DNA of 64,000 nt from Macrostomum lignano (taxonomy: Eukaryota). The notes under the pieces are model-generated. The model was not told the origin of the DNA. It searched no databases and saw nothing but the letters and a program-made list of their open reading frames with translations. Of this stretch, positions 36,172 through 48,124 are shown piece by piece. The stretch's first letter is position 1, and the number at the start of each line of letters is the position of its first letter. Made by a program: the position numbers and the translations under genes. The stretch covers positions 186,001 to 250,000 of the forward strand of contig NIVC01000350.1 of the NCBI GenBank assembly GCA_002269645.1. The letters are read 5' to 3'.

Positions 36172-37872
36172 GCCATCTAGCTGTAGCAGATCAGAGATCT
36201 AGCTGTATCAGGCCTGAAATCTAGCTGTATCAGATCAGAGATCTATCTGTATGAGATCAGAGATCTAGCTGTATGAGATCAGAGATCTAGCTGTACGCTG
36301 GTATCAGATCAGAGATCTAGCTGTATCAGATCAGAGATCTAGCTGTTGAGATCAGAGATCTAGCTGTATCAGATCAGAGATCTAGCTGTATCAGATCAGA
36401 GATCTAGCTGTATCAGATCAGAGATCTAGCTGTTGAGATCAGAGATCTAGCTGTATCAGATCAGAGATCTAGCTGTATCAGATCAGAGATCTAGCTGTAT
36501 CAGATCAGAGATCTAGCTGTTGAGATCAGAGATCTAGCTGTATCAGATCAGAGATCTAGCTGTATCAGATCAGAGATCTAGCTGTTGAGATCAGAGATCT
36601 AGCTGTATCAGATCAGAGATCTAGCTGTATCAGATCAGAGATCTAGCTGTATCAGATCAGAGATCTAGCTGTATCAGATCAGAGATCTAGCTGTATCAGA
36701 TCAGAGATCTAGCTGTATCAGATCAGAGATCTAGCTGTATCGGATCAGAGATCTAGCTGTATCAGATCAAAGATCTAGCTGTATCAGATCAGAGATCTAG
36801 CTGTATCAGATCAGAGATCTAGCTGTATCAGATCAGAGATCTAGCTGTATCAGATCAGAGATCTAGCTGTATCGGATCAGAGATCTAGCTGTATCAGATC
36901 AGAGATCTAGCTGTATCAGATCAGAGATCTAGCTGTATCAGATCAGAGATCTAGCTGTATCGGATCAGAGATCTAGCTGTATCAGATCAGAGATCTAGCT
37001 GTATCAGATCATAGATCTAGCTGTATCGGATCAGAGATCTAGCTGTATCAGATCAAAGATATAGCTGCATCAGATCAGAGATCTAGCTGTATCAGATCAA
37101 AGATCTAGCTGTATCAGATCAAAGATCTAGCTGTATGAGATCAGAGATCTAGCTGTATGAGATCAGAGATCTAGCTGTATCGGATCAGAGATCTAGCTGT
37201 ATCAGATCAGAGATCTAGCTGTATCAGATCAGAGATCTAGCTGTATCAGATCAGAGATCTAGCCGTATCAGATCAGAGATCTAGCTGTATCAGATCTGAG
37301 ATCTAGCTGTATCAGATCAGAGATCTAGCTGTATCAGATCAGATATCTAGCTGTATCAGATCAGACATCTAGCTGTATCAGATCAGAGATCTAGCTGTAT
37401 CAGATTAAAGATCTAGCTGTATCAGATCAGAGATCTAGCTGTATGAGATCAGAGATCTATCTGTATGAGATCAGAGATCTAGCTGTATCAGATCAGAGAT
37501 CTAGCTGTATCAGATCAGAGATCTAGCTGTATCAGATCAGAGATCTAGCTGTATCAGATCAGAGATCTAGCTGTATCAGATCAGAGATCTAGCTGTATCA
37601 GATCAGAGATCTAGCTGTATCAGATTAAAGATCTAGCTGTATCAGATCAGAGATCTAGCTGTATCAGATCAGAGATCTAGCTGTATCAGATCAGAGATCT
37701 AGCTGTATCAGATCAGATATCTAGCTGTATCAGATCAGAGATCTAGCTGTATCAGATCAGAGATCTAGCTGTATCAGATCAGAGATCTAGCTGTATCAGA
37801 TCAGAGATCTAGCTGTATGAGATCAGAGATCTAGCTGTATCAGATCAGATATCTAGCTGTATCAGATCAGAG
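36172..37872. repeat. 22-bp minisatellite (~77 copies) in cpo intron 1
   Basis: Unit TAGCTGTATCAGATCAGAGATC, highly homogeneous. Confidence 0.97.
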
Positions 37873-37923
37873 ACCAATAAAACCACTTACTGATACCTAC
37901 AAAGACATTTTCAAACTCATGAT

Positions 37924-37968
<45 letters not shown>

Positions 37969-38552
37969 AGTCAGGCTGTTAGCAATCACCAATTCAGACA
38001 TTAGCAGAGATGCAGCAGCTACTAACGGTAAAAGAGGAACATGCACCCGGCAGTTTTTGAAGCTCCTGAGCCGTCGCATCCCAAAAGCCGGAACGATGCA
38101 GAGTTGCCAGGGGGACTCTAACTTCCTAATTCCTTCCACTCATCCCAGGCCAACCCCCCCGGATTTGCAGCCTCCCGTTTATTCTCTCCCTTCATCTACT
38201 AACCCTCTTGTTGTCTGCTCTTGTTTCCTTTCCTGAGGCTGCGGCTGCGCGGCGGCGGGCCCGAGGGCACTTCAAGCAGAAAAAAGAAGCCACTACACAT
38301 AGCCATTGCCGATGATGAAGGTAAAAAATGAATTTCTATAGCAGCACAAGTGTCCCGCCTTGCTGCGCTTGGCTTGGCTTATTTGCGGGATTCTGTGTCG
38401 CTTTATTTATTCCACGCCAGCCCTCGAGAAGTTGCAGACTTAGGGGCGGCACTCCTAACAGCAGGGATTGACCATGATGGCTAGTTAATATGGAATCTTG
38501 CGCTTGCAAATCCTGAGCTCTGGTGTGCTTTCGCGAGTTTTTGTATCTCATT

Positions 38553-38950
38553 GGGGTGCCCAATTAGTAATCGGGGTGCCAAATTAGTCATATGGGTGCC
38601 TAATCAGTCATTGGAGGTGTCAAATTAGTCATTAGGGTGCCCAATTGGTCATCAAGGTGCCAAATTAGTCATCAATGTGCTAAATTTATCATCGGAGGTG
38701 CCTGAGTAGTCATCGGGGTGCTAAATTAGTCATTAGGGTGCCAAATTAGTCATCAGGGTGCGAAATTAGTCATTAGGGTGCCAAATTAGTCATCGGGGTG
38801 CTAAATTAGTCATTAGGGTGCCAAATTAGTCATCGGGGTGCTAAATTAGTCATCAGGGTGTGAAATTAGTCATTAGGGTGCCAAGTTAGTCATCAGGGTG
38901 CGAAATTAGTCATTAGGGTGCCAAATTAGTCATCAGATTACCTAATTAGT
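38553..38950. repeat. 20-bp minisatellite (~19 copies)
   Basis: Unit AAATTAGTCAT(T/C)(A/G)GGGTGC(C/T). Confidence 0.93.
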
Positions 38951-41900
38951 CGCCAGTGTTCTAAAAGAAGACCCGAAATGATCAGAAGCCCTCGGTCACT
39001 TTATAGCGACAACAAGACAAAAAATGACAGTCATAATCATCAAATAAATCCAGCTGCAAACGATTTGACAAAGTTGGCATGGCAACTCACGCTCATTAGT
39101 GATTGGAGACAAGTTTGATAAACATATAGAGAAAGAGAGAGAGGCAGAGATAGAGGAGCATCAGCAAATGCGAGTTGAGCACAAAGAGATGCTCAAAAGA
39201 AGAAGCTTTGAAAGGAAATTCTTCTCCTATTTCTTCGTCTGCCCGGGCCTCATCGTTTGCCTGCCTCCTCCCCCTCGCGGCCCGCGCGGCTCCGTAAAAA
39301 TTCCGGGCTCGCTCCCTTCGCCTTGCTTCGGGGGACGGGGAGAGGACGTGAGGGTGGGGGCAAGGTGGCGCTAGTGAAGAAGAAGCGAGAGATGAGGGAG
39401 AGAGGCTGGACCGAGGAGGATGCGAAGGAATATTGAGACAAGAGACGACTTAGGAAGCTCGCATCCCCTCGAGGATGGGCGGGAGGAGGAGGGGCAGGGG
39501 CGGATGAAAACGGCGAAATGAGAAGCCCTCAGGTAAGAAGAGTGTAAAGGCGGACACACTAAGACTTTGTTTGTTCCAACGACATTCGCTTCTTGTCGAT
39601 GCCTTCAGTGCCCGGCAGTGCGTGTCGGTGCGCTTAGGTAGAAAATGGAGACAGTTGCCGATACTTGAGACGGGGAGACCTTTGCCGGGCCCAGTGGGTG
39701 TCTAAGAGACGACACTGAATGCACTGACGAGCTGCTCTAAAGGTGCAGCTGAGCTGGGGGGGATTCCACACCACGCCCTCCTCATCCCGGGGTTGTCATC
39801 GGGGATGGAGGGGAGCAGCCGAGATTCAGCAGCTGCATGTATAGGCGAGGAAAGCTGATATGCCCCGGGATCGAAGCATCATTAGAGACGCGATCGAAGC
39901 ATCATTAGCAGCGTCATTGTTAAGCCATCGCGAGCACAGCTCAGCTTATAGGCGGAGCGGGAATAGAGGACGCGAGACTGCGCATCCAAGCAGGCGAAAG
40001 GGGAAGCCAAAGGGAGGACGATCGATGGTCATTTTTTTCGCCTATTGATCGGGGAGCTCGCCTCATTAACTCCAGGTGGGGCCGGCCGGGCAGGCAAAAA
40101 ATGGATGAAAGAAAATCAAGGAGATAGAAGGAAGAGATAAAGAAGAGGGAAGCAGATCTCCCGCATCAACTATACTCAGTTGAGAAGCATGATGGCACGG
40201 GCGTGCCTCTCGAGCTGCAAATTTGAGAGAAGGTAAACCGGTGCTTGCAGTACTCGGTGTGTTTGCTCTGCACTACCCTAGTCGAAAGCAAATAGAGATT
40301 TCAGTTTAAAGAGGATTGAGCCAGATGAAGCTCAGCTTCACTGACAGGATGGCGACGGGGAAAACTACCTATCTTCCCCTCGATTGATGCGCCCCCTTTT
40401 CCTCCTGTTGATGTCCGTCGGTAATGGGCGCATTATTTGAGTCTATTCGAATTATCGTGCCGTCAGTGATGTGTTTGACTTGCACGCTCAGGTCTGAGAG
40501 AGAGAGACAGGGGGAGAAGACGCCGGCTAAGACCCCAGGTCTACGCTGCCGGGCAGACAGGAGGAGGGGATCCTGCTAAAAGAAAAAGAATCCCACACAG
40601 CCCCTTCTAGCCTCATCCGTTCCGAGCCCGAGCACACGAGGAGGTGGGAGGAGCAGAAGGGGGTTGGTTGGGAAGAGACGCCGGCGACAGGACCTGAGCC
40701 GGGGAGGAGAAAGCATTGAATGGGGGCGCGGAGGGACCGGGAGAGGCTGGGAAGTAGAGAGCGAAGGCGGGTGAGCAGACGGCCAGTGCGGCCAGAAGAA
40801 AGATCCGAATTCGAATATGGGGGACAAACTCCGCAGCTGTTCCGACACGGCGGGAGTGTGCCGAGTACAGGGCATAGCCAGGGGGTGGCTGGGCGATGAG
40901 GTTGAAGAGCCCGTCGGGCCTGGCGCATAGGTGACGCGGGATTCCCCGGGCTGCTGCTGTTCAATTATGCATCCAGCCGCCTCACTCCGCAATCCTGCCG
41001 GCCAAGGAGGGGGCCTCCTGTGCTCAGCCGAAGACAGGCGGCGGGAAGACGGGACTGAGGGGGGGGGGAGTGGGCGGAGACCGCCGCTGCCGGGGCGCAT
41101 TTCCACACTGAGCTGCTGCTCTCTTCTGCCTAATTTTTTTCTTTTGGTTCCATTCTCCATCAATAAGCGTGCCAATTTTCTTCAGCTGGCTGCTGGTCTG
41201 GGCGAGAATGTCAGTTAAAGAATCGGTTCCGAGCCTATAGTCTATACGAGCTACACACACTGGTAGCGCAGATTGGTCGACAAGATTTACTTCATTACAA
41301 AATCAGTGCACCAAATTGACGCTAAAACCAATTGCTAACCATCAATTAATCCTATTTACTGGCGGGTTCACCCGGGAGCTTTGCCTGGCTTAATGCGCTC
41401 ATTCTGCGGCAGCGGCGGCACAAGCGGAAGTAGGTGGAGTGTCGCGAGTGCGGACTGAACGGGAGAATGGGTTTGGAGTGGAAGGGAAAAAGAAGAATGG
41501 CAATGGCGCCGTGAAGAGAGAGAGAGAGAGAAGCTTAGCGTAGAGCTTGGTTATGATTCATATATATCCATGTATACATATATGTTGCTTTTTATCTTAT
41601 GCTTGCATTATGAATATTTTTGCGCGCATATGCCCTTGAAAGTTGAGAGCGGAGTTGCTGGCTATAAGGGGCGCGCTGAGCCCGTCTCGTGGACACGGAG
41701 GGAAGTGTGGACAAAATAGAGAGAGTTGAGCACAAGGTCTGGCCCTAAAAGGAAAGCGTGACAATTGTTCTCTGTCGTACAATTGCAGAAATTCTCTCTT
41801 TCCCCTTAATAATGCCGCGGAGTTTTTGAGCACTCCCTGCCTGTCTGTTGTTCCCCGGCCTGCCTGGAAGATGTTGCCACCGCCAGCTCTTTGTACCCTG

Positions 41901-42397
41901 CCTTGCCCTTTACAACTCTATCCCAAAATGTCTCGCCTCCCAGCTGGAGGTGCTGTTGGGGAGCGCACTGAGTGACTGGGGAGCAAGACACACACACTGC
42001 ATAGCTGTCACTTCAGACCCAAGCGACAACAAAGTAATGTAAGAGTGGCAAGGCTAATGGACCGGAATCGACGGTCACGTCTGCAGTAGTGTGTTAGTTA
42101 CATGTAAGACAGCCTGGTAAGGTTGATATTTAATCCGCAAACTAAGACCAAAAAACTGACCTTTGTCCCAAACTGAAGTGATGACTCATCAATCAGGGGA
42201 AAGGGTTGAAGCCCTTCTGAACTCGTAGCATGACATAAAATTTTACATGCCTCACGGGAGAACAATTCAGAGCCCTAGTGGCGGTTCTGCGCGTCGCTCA
42301 GGCAAGATGAGCCAAGATGAGACAAGCGGTTATTCTGAGCACACAAACGCTCATACAGGATGTACAGTGATTTTGCCTCAATAACAGCCTTTCTCAC

Positions 42398-42490
42398 CTC
42401 TTCTTCGCCGCCGCAGGTGTTCACGCTGTCCATGCTCTGGCTGAGCGTCATTCCATTCTCACTATTCAGAGTTCCCGGCGAGACCATCAT
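42398..42490 (-). CDS. cpo: cpo-like coding exon 1
   Basis: MMVSPGTLNSENGMTLSQSMDSVNTCGGEEE|gtgaga. SQSMDSVN...EEE directly precedes [10 protein letters not shown] in cpo-type proteins; phase 0; followed by a 10.5-kb intron. The 8 exons total 900 nt = 299 aa + stop. Confidence 0.88.
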
Positions 42491-43241
42491 ACTTGCTGCT
42501 GAATTGTATTTTTTACCCGTTTGTTTGATTATTGAAAAACCTGTAGCTCGCGAGCTATTAGTCAATGTTAGGACGAATGCTGATCGGCCGCTGGTCAATG
42601 GGAGAAGACAGAAGCTCTGCGTCCGACGTCTGTTTGCAAACGAATAAAAGGTGAGAACTAGAAGCAGAGTAGCAAGCAAGCCACCTCCCTCTCTGAAGCT
42701 TTTCCCTCTAACCAGATGAATCTAAATTGCCCCCCCCCCCTGCACAGAATGGCCCAATCAGCCTTGGCCAATCCGGGCCCTTCCTGACCGTCGTCACTCT
42801 CACTTAAAGAGCTACCGACCAACCCTGCCTGCCCTGTTTGCCTGTTCTCACTCTCTCGCGGTGGCCAGGGAGCTCTTAGCCAAACAGTGTGTCGGACACT
42901 GCCCCTCCCCTCACACGCTTATTATACTCATTTGTGTGAGCTTAAACAGAACGAGATTTGGGCCGGGGGGTTCTCCCTTTCACACTTGCGCGCCCAGGAC
43001 GAGTTGCGGATGAAGTGCCGCGAATGAGCCTCGCTAATCCCGAACGCATCAATTCGCACCCTCGCCCGGGCCTCGTCTGCAAACACCGGGGCGGCCACGC
43101 GGCAGGGGCTGCTCTGTTTGCGCAGCACTGCCCGCTCCACCCTTGACCGCTCGCACTACTCAACACCTCTGTTGGCGATTTTGTAATGCGCACCCTGAGC
43201 AAATGATTTTTATGCCAATAAAATGTTCTTAGTCACCATGC

Positions 43242-43244
43242 CTG

Positions 43245-43333
<89 letters not shown>

Positions 43334-43340
43334 GCCTGCC

Positions 43341-43397
<57 letters not shown>

Positions 43398-43440
43398 GCT
43401 TGCCTGTCTGTCTGTCTGTCTGTCTGTCTGTCTGCCTGCC

Positions 43441-43489
<49 letters not shown>

Positions 43490-43500
43490 GCCTGCCTGCC

Positions 43501-43573
<73 letters not shown>

Positions 43574-43580
43574 GCCTGCC

Positions 43581-43613
<33 letters not shown>
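43242..43613. repeat. (TGTC)n tetranucleotide microsatellite
   Basis: Direct inspection; occasional TGCC variants. Confidence 0.97.
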
Positions 43614-45224
43614 TCTGTCGCTAACTATGATTCTGTGTTAATTTATGACTGTCTTTGCGTCTTTCCGTACTCTTTGTATCCTTCCCTTTGCTTTGAAATC
43701 TACCTTAACAAGGTCAGCTCCTATTAACTCAGCTCTACTTATTTGAAATAACCTTACTCAGTTGTTGTTGTCACGGACTTAATTTGTCTTCTCTACTCTG
43801 CATGTTCACTCATTGAGCTGCTTTAAAATTGAGTTACAGTAAGCACATCCGCCATGGATTCATCATTCATCGTTCGATAGTAAAATTCTTACCTGTGACA
43901 ACTTTGCGCTGCGTCCACATAGGCCTTGGCAACCAGTGAGACATTTTTGCGACTATTTTTTCACACCCAACCTGACAAAGAAATTGAGTGACTGTTTTGA
44001 GGACAATGCAATTGATCGAACCGATGACGTCAAAGAGAGTTCGGATTAGTAAAGCGATCCGATCATGCTCGAGAATCAATCTCCAAGTTTGCGTCTTGCT
44101 TCATCAGCTTTATGGAAAACTTTTCCATGCTATTCTGACTGCTGACCAAATGCTCTGACAGGTACGGCAATTCGAAAATGCTCCGAAGAGTCATCCGGCT
44201 TTCAGAATGGCTCGCGAAATAATCCGAAAGTCTCGCCTATCCACCTGTCCCCAGCCAACTTAAAAGATTATTGAGGTGAATGCATTGACTTCATCAATTC
44301 GAGCGCAGTGCATAGATAGAGAAATGCCTTGATGGATTGCTAATCGCTTAATCCTCTCCTTGTCTCGCGGGGGATTTGTGACTTCTGCGCTGCTGGGATC
44401 GGGGGAGGAGGATTTCAGGCCGTCCCGGGTTGTTGAAACTTTCATTAGCTCAAGCCAGCGTTGCAACTCCAATTCCCAAATCGGGGAAGCGCCGGAGAAG
44501 CAGATAGAATTCCCTCGGTGAGCAAGAGAGAGGGAGGGACAGAGCTAAGCTGCCATCATTATGATTTGGCCAGCAGAACTGCTTAGGCCTCCATGATAAA
44601 TAATGGACAGCGTCATCGTTGAGTTGCCACAGTTTGTCACCCCATCCACTCCCGAGTAGAAAAATGCGACACTTCCATGCACGCACTGTGTTTGAAGCCG
44701 CAATATAAACCAGCAATACGTTTTCTTTTTCAATACAGACTCGACGTATTCTCTAGGAGTATTCACCAGAGAAATTGATTGACGGTAGCTGCATGCATCA
44801 AGGCAGGGACAGAGCAGAGCAAATAATCAAACCGTCTGACTCTACACATCGACCCTTTTTCGATTCGGGACACATTCATTTAGGGCTGGTGCATGAAGAA
44901 TTGGGCGGGGGTTGTCCCCCCAAGACACAGGCAGTGTACATGCTTGACGATTAGAAAGTCCAAGGGCCGCTGTACACCCTGTGTACCGTGCCTGCGTACA
45001 GTATTGGCGGGCTGGCATGTGCTCCGTCAGCGCTGGTTGTGGGACAATGTCGCCGAAAGCGTTGCTCCCATGGAGCCCAAAGCCCTAACGAATATTTTTC
45101 CTGTTTTAATTATATATTTGAACCACCGGTTTGTGCGAGCCTCGCAAGTGTTGACCATGGTTAGTCGAGACTCGAGAGTAGCCATTGGTGGGGTGGTGGA
45201 GCGTGCTGAGATGTGGTTGTTGCG

Positions 45225-45231
45225 ACGTTGC

Positions 45232-45263
<32 letters not shown>

Positions 45264-45755
45264 GCGCTGAAGGCGCGAACATCCTAGTTTGCATCGTTCT
45301 CTTTCCACTTGGTACGGTACCAGGCCCAGTACCGGAGCGCCTCCTCTGGATGCTCGTTGAGGTGGTGCAGCTCCGTGGGCCCATCCAGCCTTCGCCTGAT
45401 CTCCGTGGCCGGGCACTGACTGCTCACATGTTCGACCGTTTCTTCTTCGGTCCCGCACGCCGGGCACATTGCGTCGGTAGTTCTGCCTATCCGCCGGCAG
45501 TAGGCCCTCAGCTCCAGCGAGTGGCCCGTGCGGAATCGAATAAAGCTAACCGCCTCCGCCCTGTTTTGTAGGCTGGGTGCCTGGCCGTACCGAGGTGGCC
45601 ATAGGTGTCTTTCGATCTTTCGTGCGACCAGTGCCTGCTGTTCTGGCTTGTCGCCTTCGCCACGGCTTCCAGCCGTCTGCGGACAACGCTCGCCAGCACT
45701 CCGGCCTCCGCCTGCGGCAGCGCCGTCGCGCCACCGGCCACTTCGTCCGCGGCCT
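45225..45755 (-). mobile_element. 5'-truncated non-LTR retrotransposon fragment B (RNase H C-end, CCHC, (CAA)n tail)
   Basis: NEAADEVA...RTGHSLELRAYCRRIG...CPACGTEEETVEHVSSQCPA...YWAWYRTKWKENDAN*, then (CAA)n; frameshifted. Confidence 0.85.
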
Positions 45756-47539
45756 CGTTGCTGTTGTTGTTGTTATTAGTGCTGAGACGTTTTATCCGTT
45801 TTCCATCTGGATCGGTACCAGCCTCAGTACGCTAGGGCGGTATCCGGGTCTTCGTTGAGCCAACTCAAATCAGACGCCCCATGCTGCCGGCGCATTCCCA
45901 CCGAGGCCGGACAGGAGCAGATGACGTGCTCGACGGTCTCGGCCTCATCCCCGGAGGCCGGGCAGGTGTCCCTATCGCTCTTCCTGATCCTGCATTGATA
46001 GGCCTCCAGCTCCAGCGAGTGTCCGGTGCGGAGCCTTCGGAAGCTAACGCCTTCCGCCCGATCCTTAGTCCTGGGGTGCCTCGCAGTGCCGTTTTTTTCC
46101 ATACGTTCGTATCGTGCGTTCGTGACTCCATCGTTGCAATCGCGTTCCTTATCCTTCGCCTGAGCATTCAGCCGCCGCCTGACCACGCTGGCCAGCACTG
46201 CGGTGCTCCCTGGGCTAGAGCGGCTGCAGCAGCCGCGGCCGCGTCGGCTTCTTCGTTGCCAGCAAGGCCGCAGTGCGCTAAGACCCAGCACAGGGCCACC
46301 TCCTTACCCTGGGCACACAGATCTTCCAGTTGCTGCTGGGCCAGAAGCGCCAATGGGTTGCGCCTGTGCCCTTGATGGCCATAAGCCCACTCTTGCTGTC
46401 AGACACCAACAGAGCCGATCGTCACTGGTCGTGGGCCAGTAACCACTCCAGCTCGCTAATGATTGCCTTGAGCTCCGCTTGCAACGAGGAGGCAGGTAGG
46501 CTGGCCGGTTCCTTGATGATGATAGGGTCCGCGCTCAGCCCACCCGACTCGTCAGTCATCCAGATCACCACCCCGCTGCCGCCTCCCGGCTTCTGCAACG
46601 ATCCATCCGTGTAAATGGTCATGTCCGGCTCCTGGCACGCCGCTGATGCGCTCCCTCGCGAGCTGCAGGTTGCCCGCGTCACTGGATTTTCTGGTGTCCA
46701 CCGCGCTCACCATGATCTTGGCCTTGGCGCGCCAGTCGCTCCAGGGCGCTCTGCTACTGGCTTCGGGAATGCGCATGATCATGTCTATTCTGGCCGCCGC
46801 TAGGCAAGTGCTGGCCTTAGCGCGCCATCCCTTCCGGACCAAGCGCTGCCTCGGTGCTTCCTCGGCTAGAGTCCTCCTGGGGGAGCCGGTGGGGAGCCGA
46901 AGCCAGCGGTCCAGCCGGGCCCCCCAGATGGCCCCACACAAGGCGCGGAGGTCGGTGAGCCCGCTCTCGCAACGCAGCGCTTCCACCGGAGTCGTGGCGA
47001 AGGCGCCCGTGGTAACACGCTCCGCCCTGCATTGCAGAACGTCCAAGCCAGACCGAATCCGCGATCCACGGGGTCCAGGCTCCGTACACAATCTTACCGT
47101 GGATGAGGGCGATGTAGGTGATACGAAGAAGGTCCGGATCCCAGCCCCAAGCGCTTCCGGCCAACTTGCGGAGTAGGTTGATACGCTTCCTGCAGGCCTG
47201 CACTATATAGTCAGTGTGGGCAATGAATCGAAGCCTTTGGTCGTAAACTAGTCCGAGAAACTTTGGCTGAGCCTCCCATCTAAGAGCCTGGCCCATCAGC
47301 GTTACCTGCACGGGCTGCTCGGCCGGCTGGGCGGGGGCTGGGTCGTTGGAAAAGAGCGAGCATTTGTCCACCGCGACCGGAAGTAACCACTCCTCATTCC
47401 AGGCTTGCAGAACATCCGCCGCCCTCTGCTGGGGCTCAACGGCTTCCCCAACACGCTTGACACTGGCCCAGGTGGCCAGGTCATCGGCATATCGCCGAAT
47501 ATCGGAATATCGCCGAATATCGGCATATCGGCATATCCC
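45756..47539 (-). mobile_element. 5'-truncated non-LTR retrotransposon A (RT C-half, RNase H, zinc knuckle), I-group-like
   Basis: YADDLATW (47480-47491), KFLGLVYDQRLRF, TTPVEALRCESG, RNase H IYTDGS...AELKAI...SDSKS...WVLAHCGLAGNEEAD, C-terminal ETVEHVICSCPA, (CAA)n tail; several frameshifts and a TGG>TGA nonsense at 45824. Confidence 0.92.
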
Positions 47540-47851
47540 GGTTGTTGCGGCTAGGGTGTAGGCGGGCTAGTCTTTGCGTGCGTGAATTTCTGTCACCCAA
47601 TGTACAGTTGGATCAGTTGGATATTGATTTTAGTAATCTTTGGCCCGCGGATCTACTTGGCCGGTTGTTGAGCGATTAAGCTGACTGAGTATCGATACAT
47701 GTACATGTATCGCGTCTATATTTGTGCACAGTACAGATTATATTTCAAAATCATTCGCTATGGTCACATACCGCTGCTATGCGATAGCCTATAAAATGTA
47801 TAGATATCAAGAAATATAACACCGACAATTAGAAAGTTGGTGATAGTGTCA

Positions 47852-48124
47852 CAGGGGCGTCGCCATGGATTTTATGGTGGTCCCCCCAGCCAAGAGTTCT
47901 GCATGTACATGACTAAATTCCTACATGTACATTATTTTGAGAATCGGTGTCGCCAGCGCTCATTTTGGCGCCGCAGGCACTCATTTTGGCGCCGTAAAGC
48001 AAAATTATTGATTTCCAAAACGAGTCACAATGTGGGGTGGGGGGACAAAGCATTGGCATGTCCCCCATAGCTTTAACTGGGGGGACATGTCCCCCATATC
48101 CCCCCCCCGGTGGCGACGCCCGCG
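47852..48124 (+). mobile_element. hAT-like MITE, short unexpanded relative of 26199..27361
   Basis: TIRs CAGGGGCGTCGCCA / TGGCGACGCCCGCG; 8-bp TSD TAGTGTCA (47844) / TAGTGCCA (48125); contains ~2 copies of CTCATTTTGGCGCCG. Confidence 0.85.

Noticed and set aside
39099-39374. Charged helical ORF MIGDKFDKHIEKERE...
   Set aside because: AG-rich low-complexity sequence antisense to the cpo intron; no supporting splice structure.
43223-43624. SVCL repeat ORF
   Set aside because: Translation of a (TGTC)n microsatellite.
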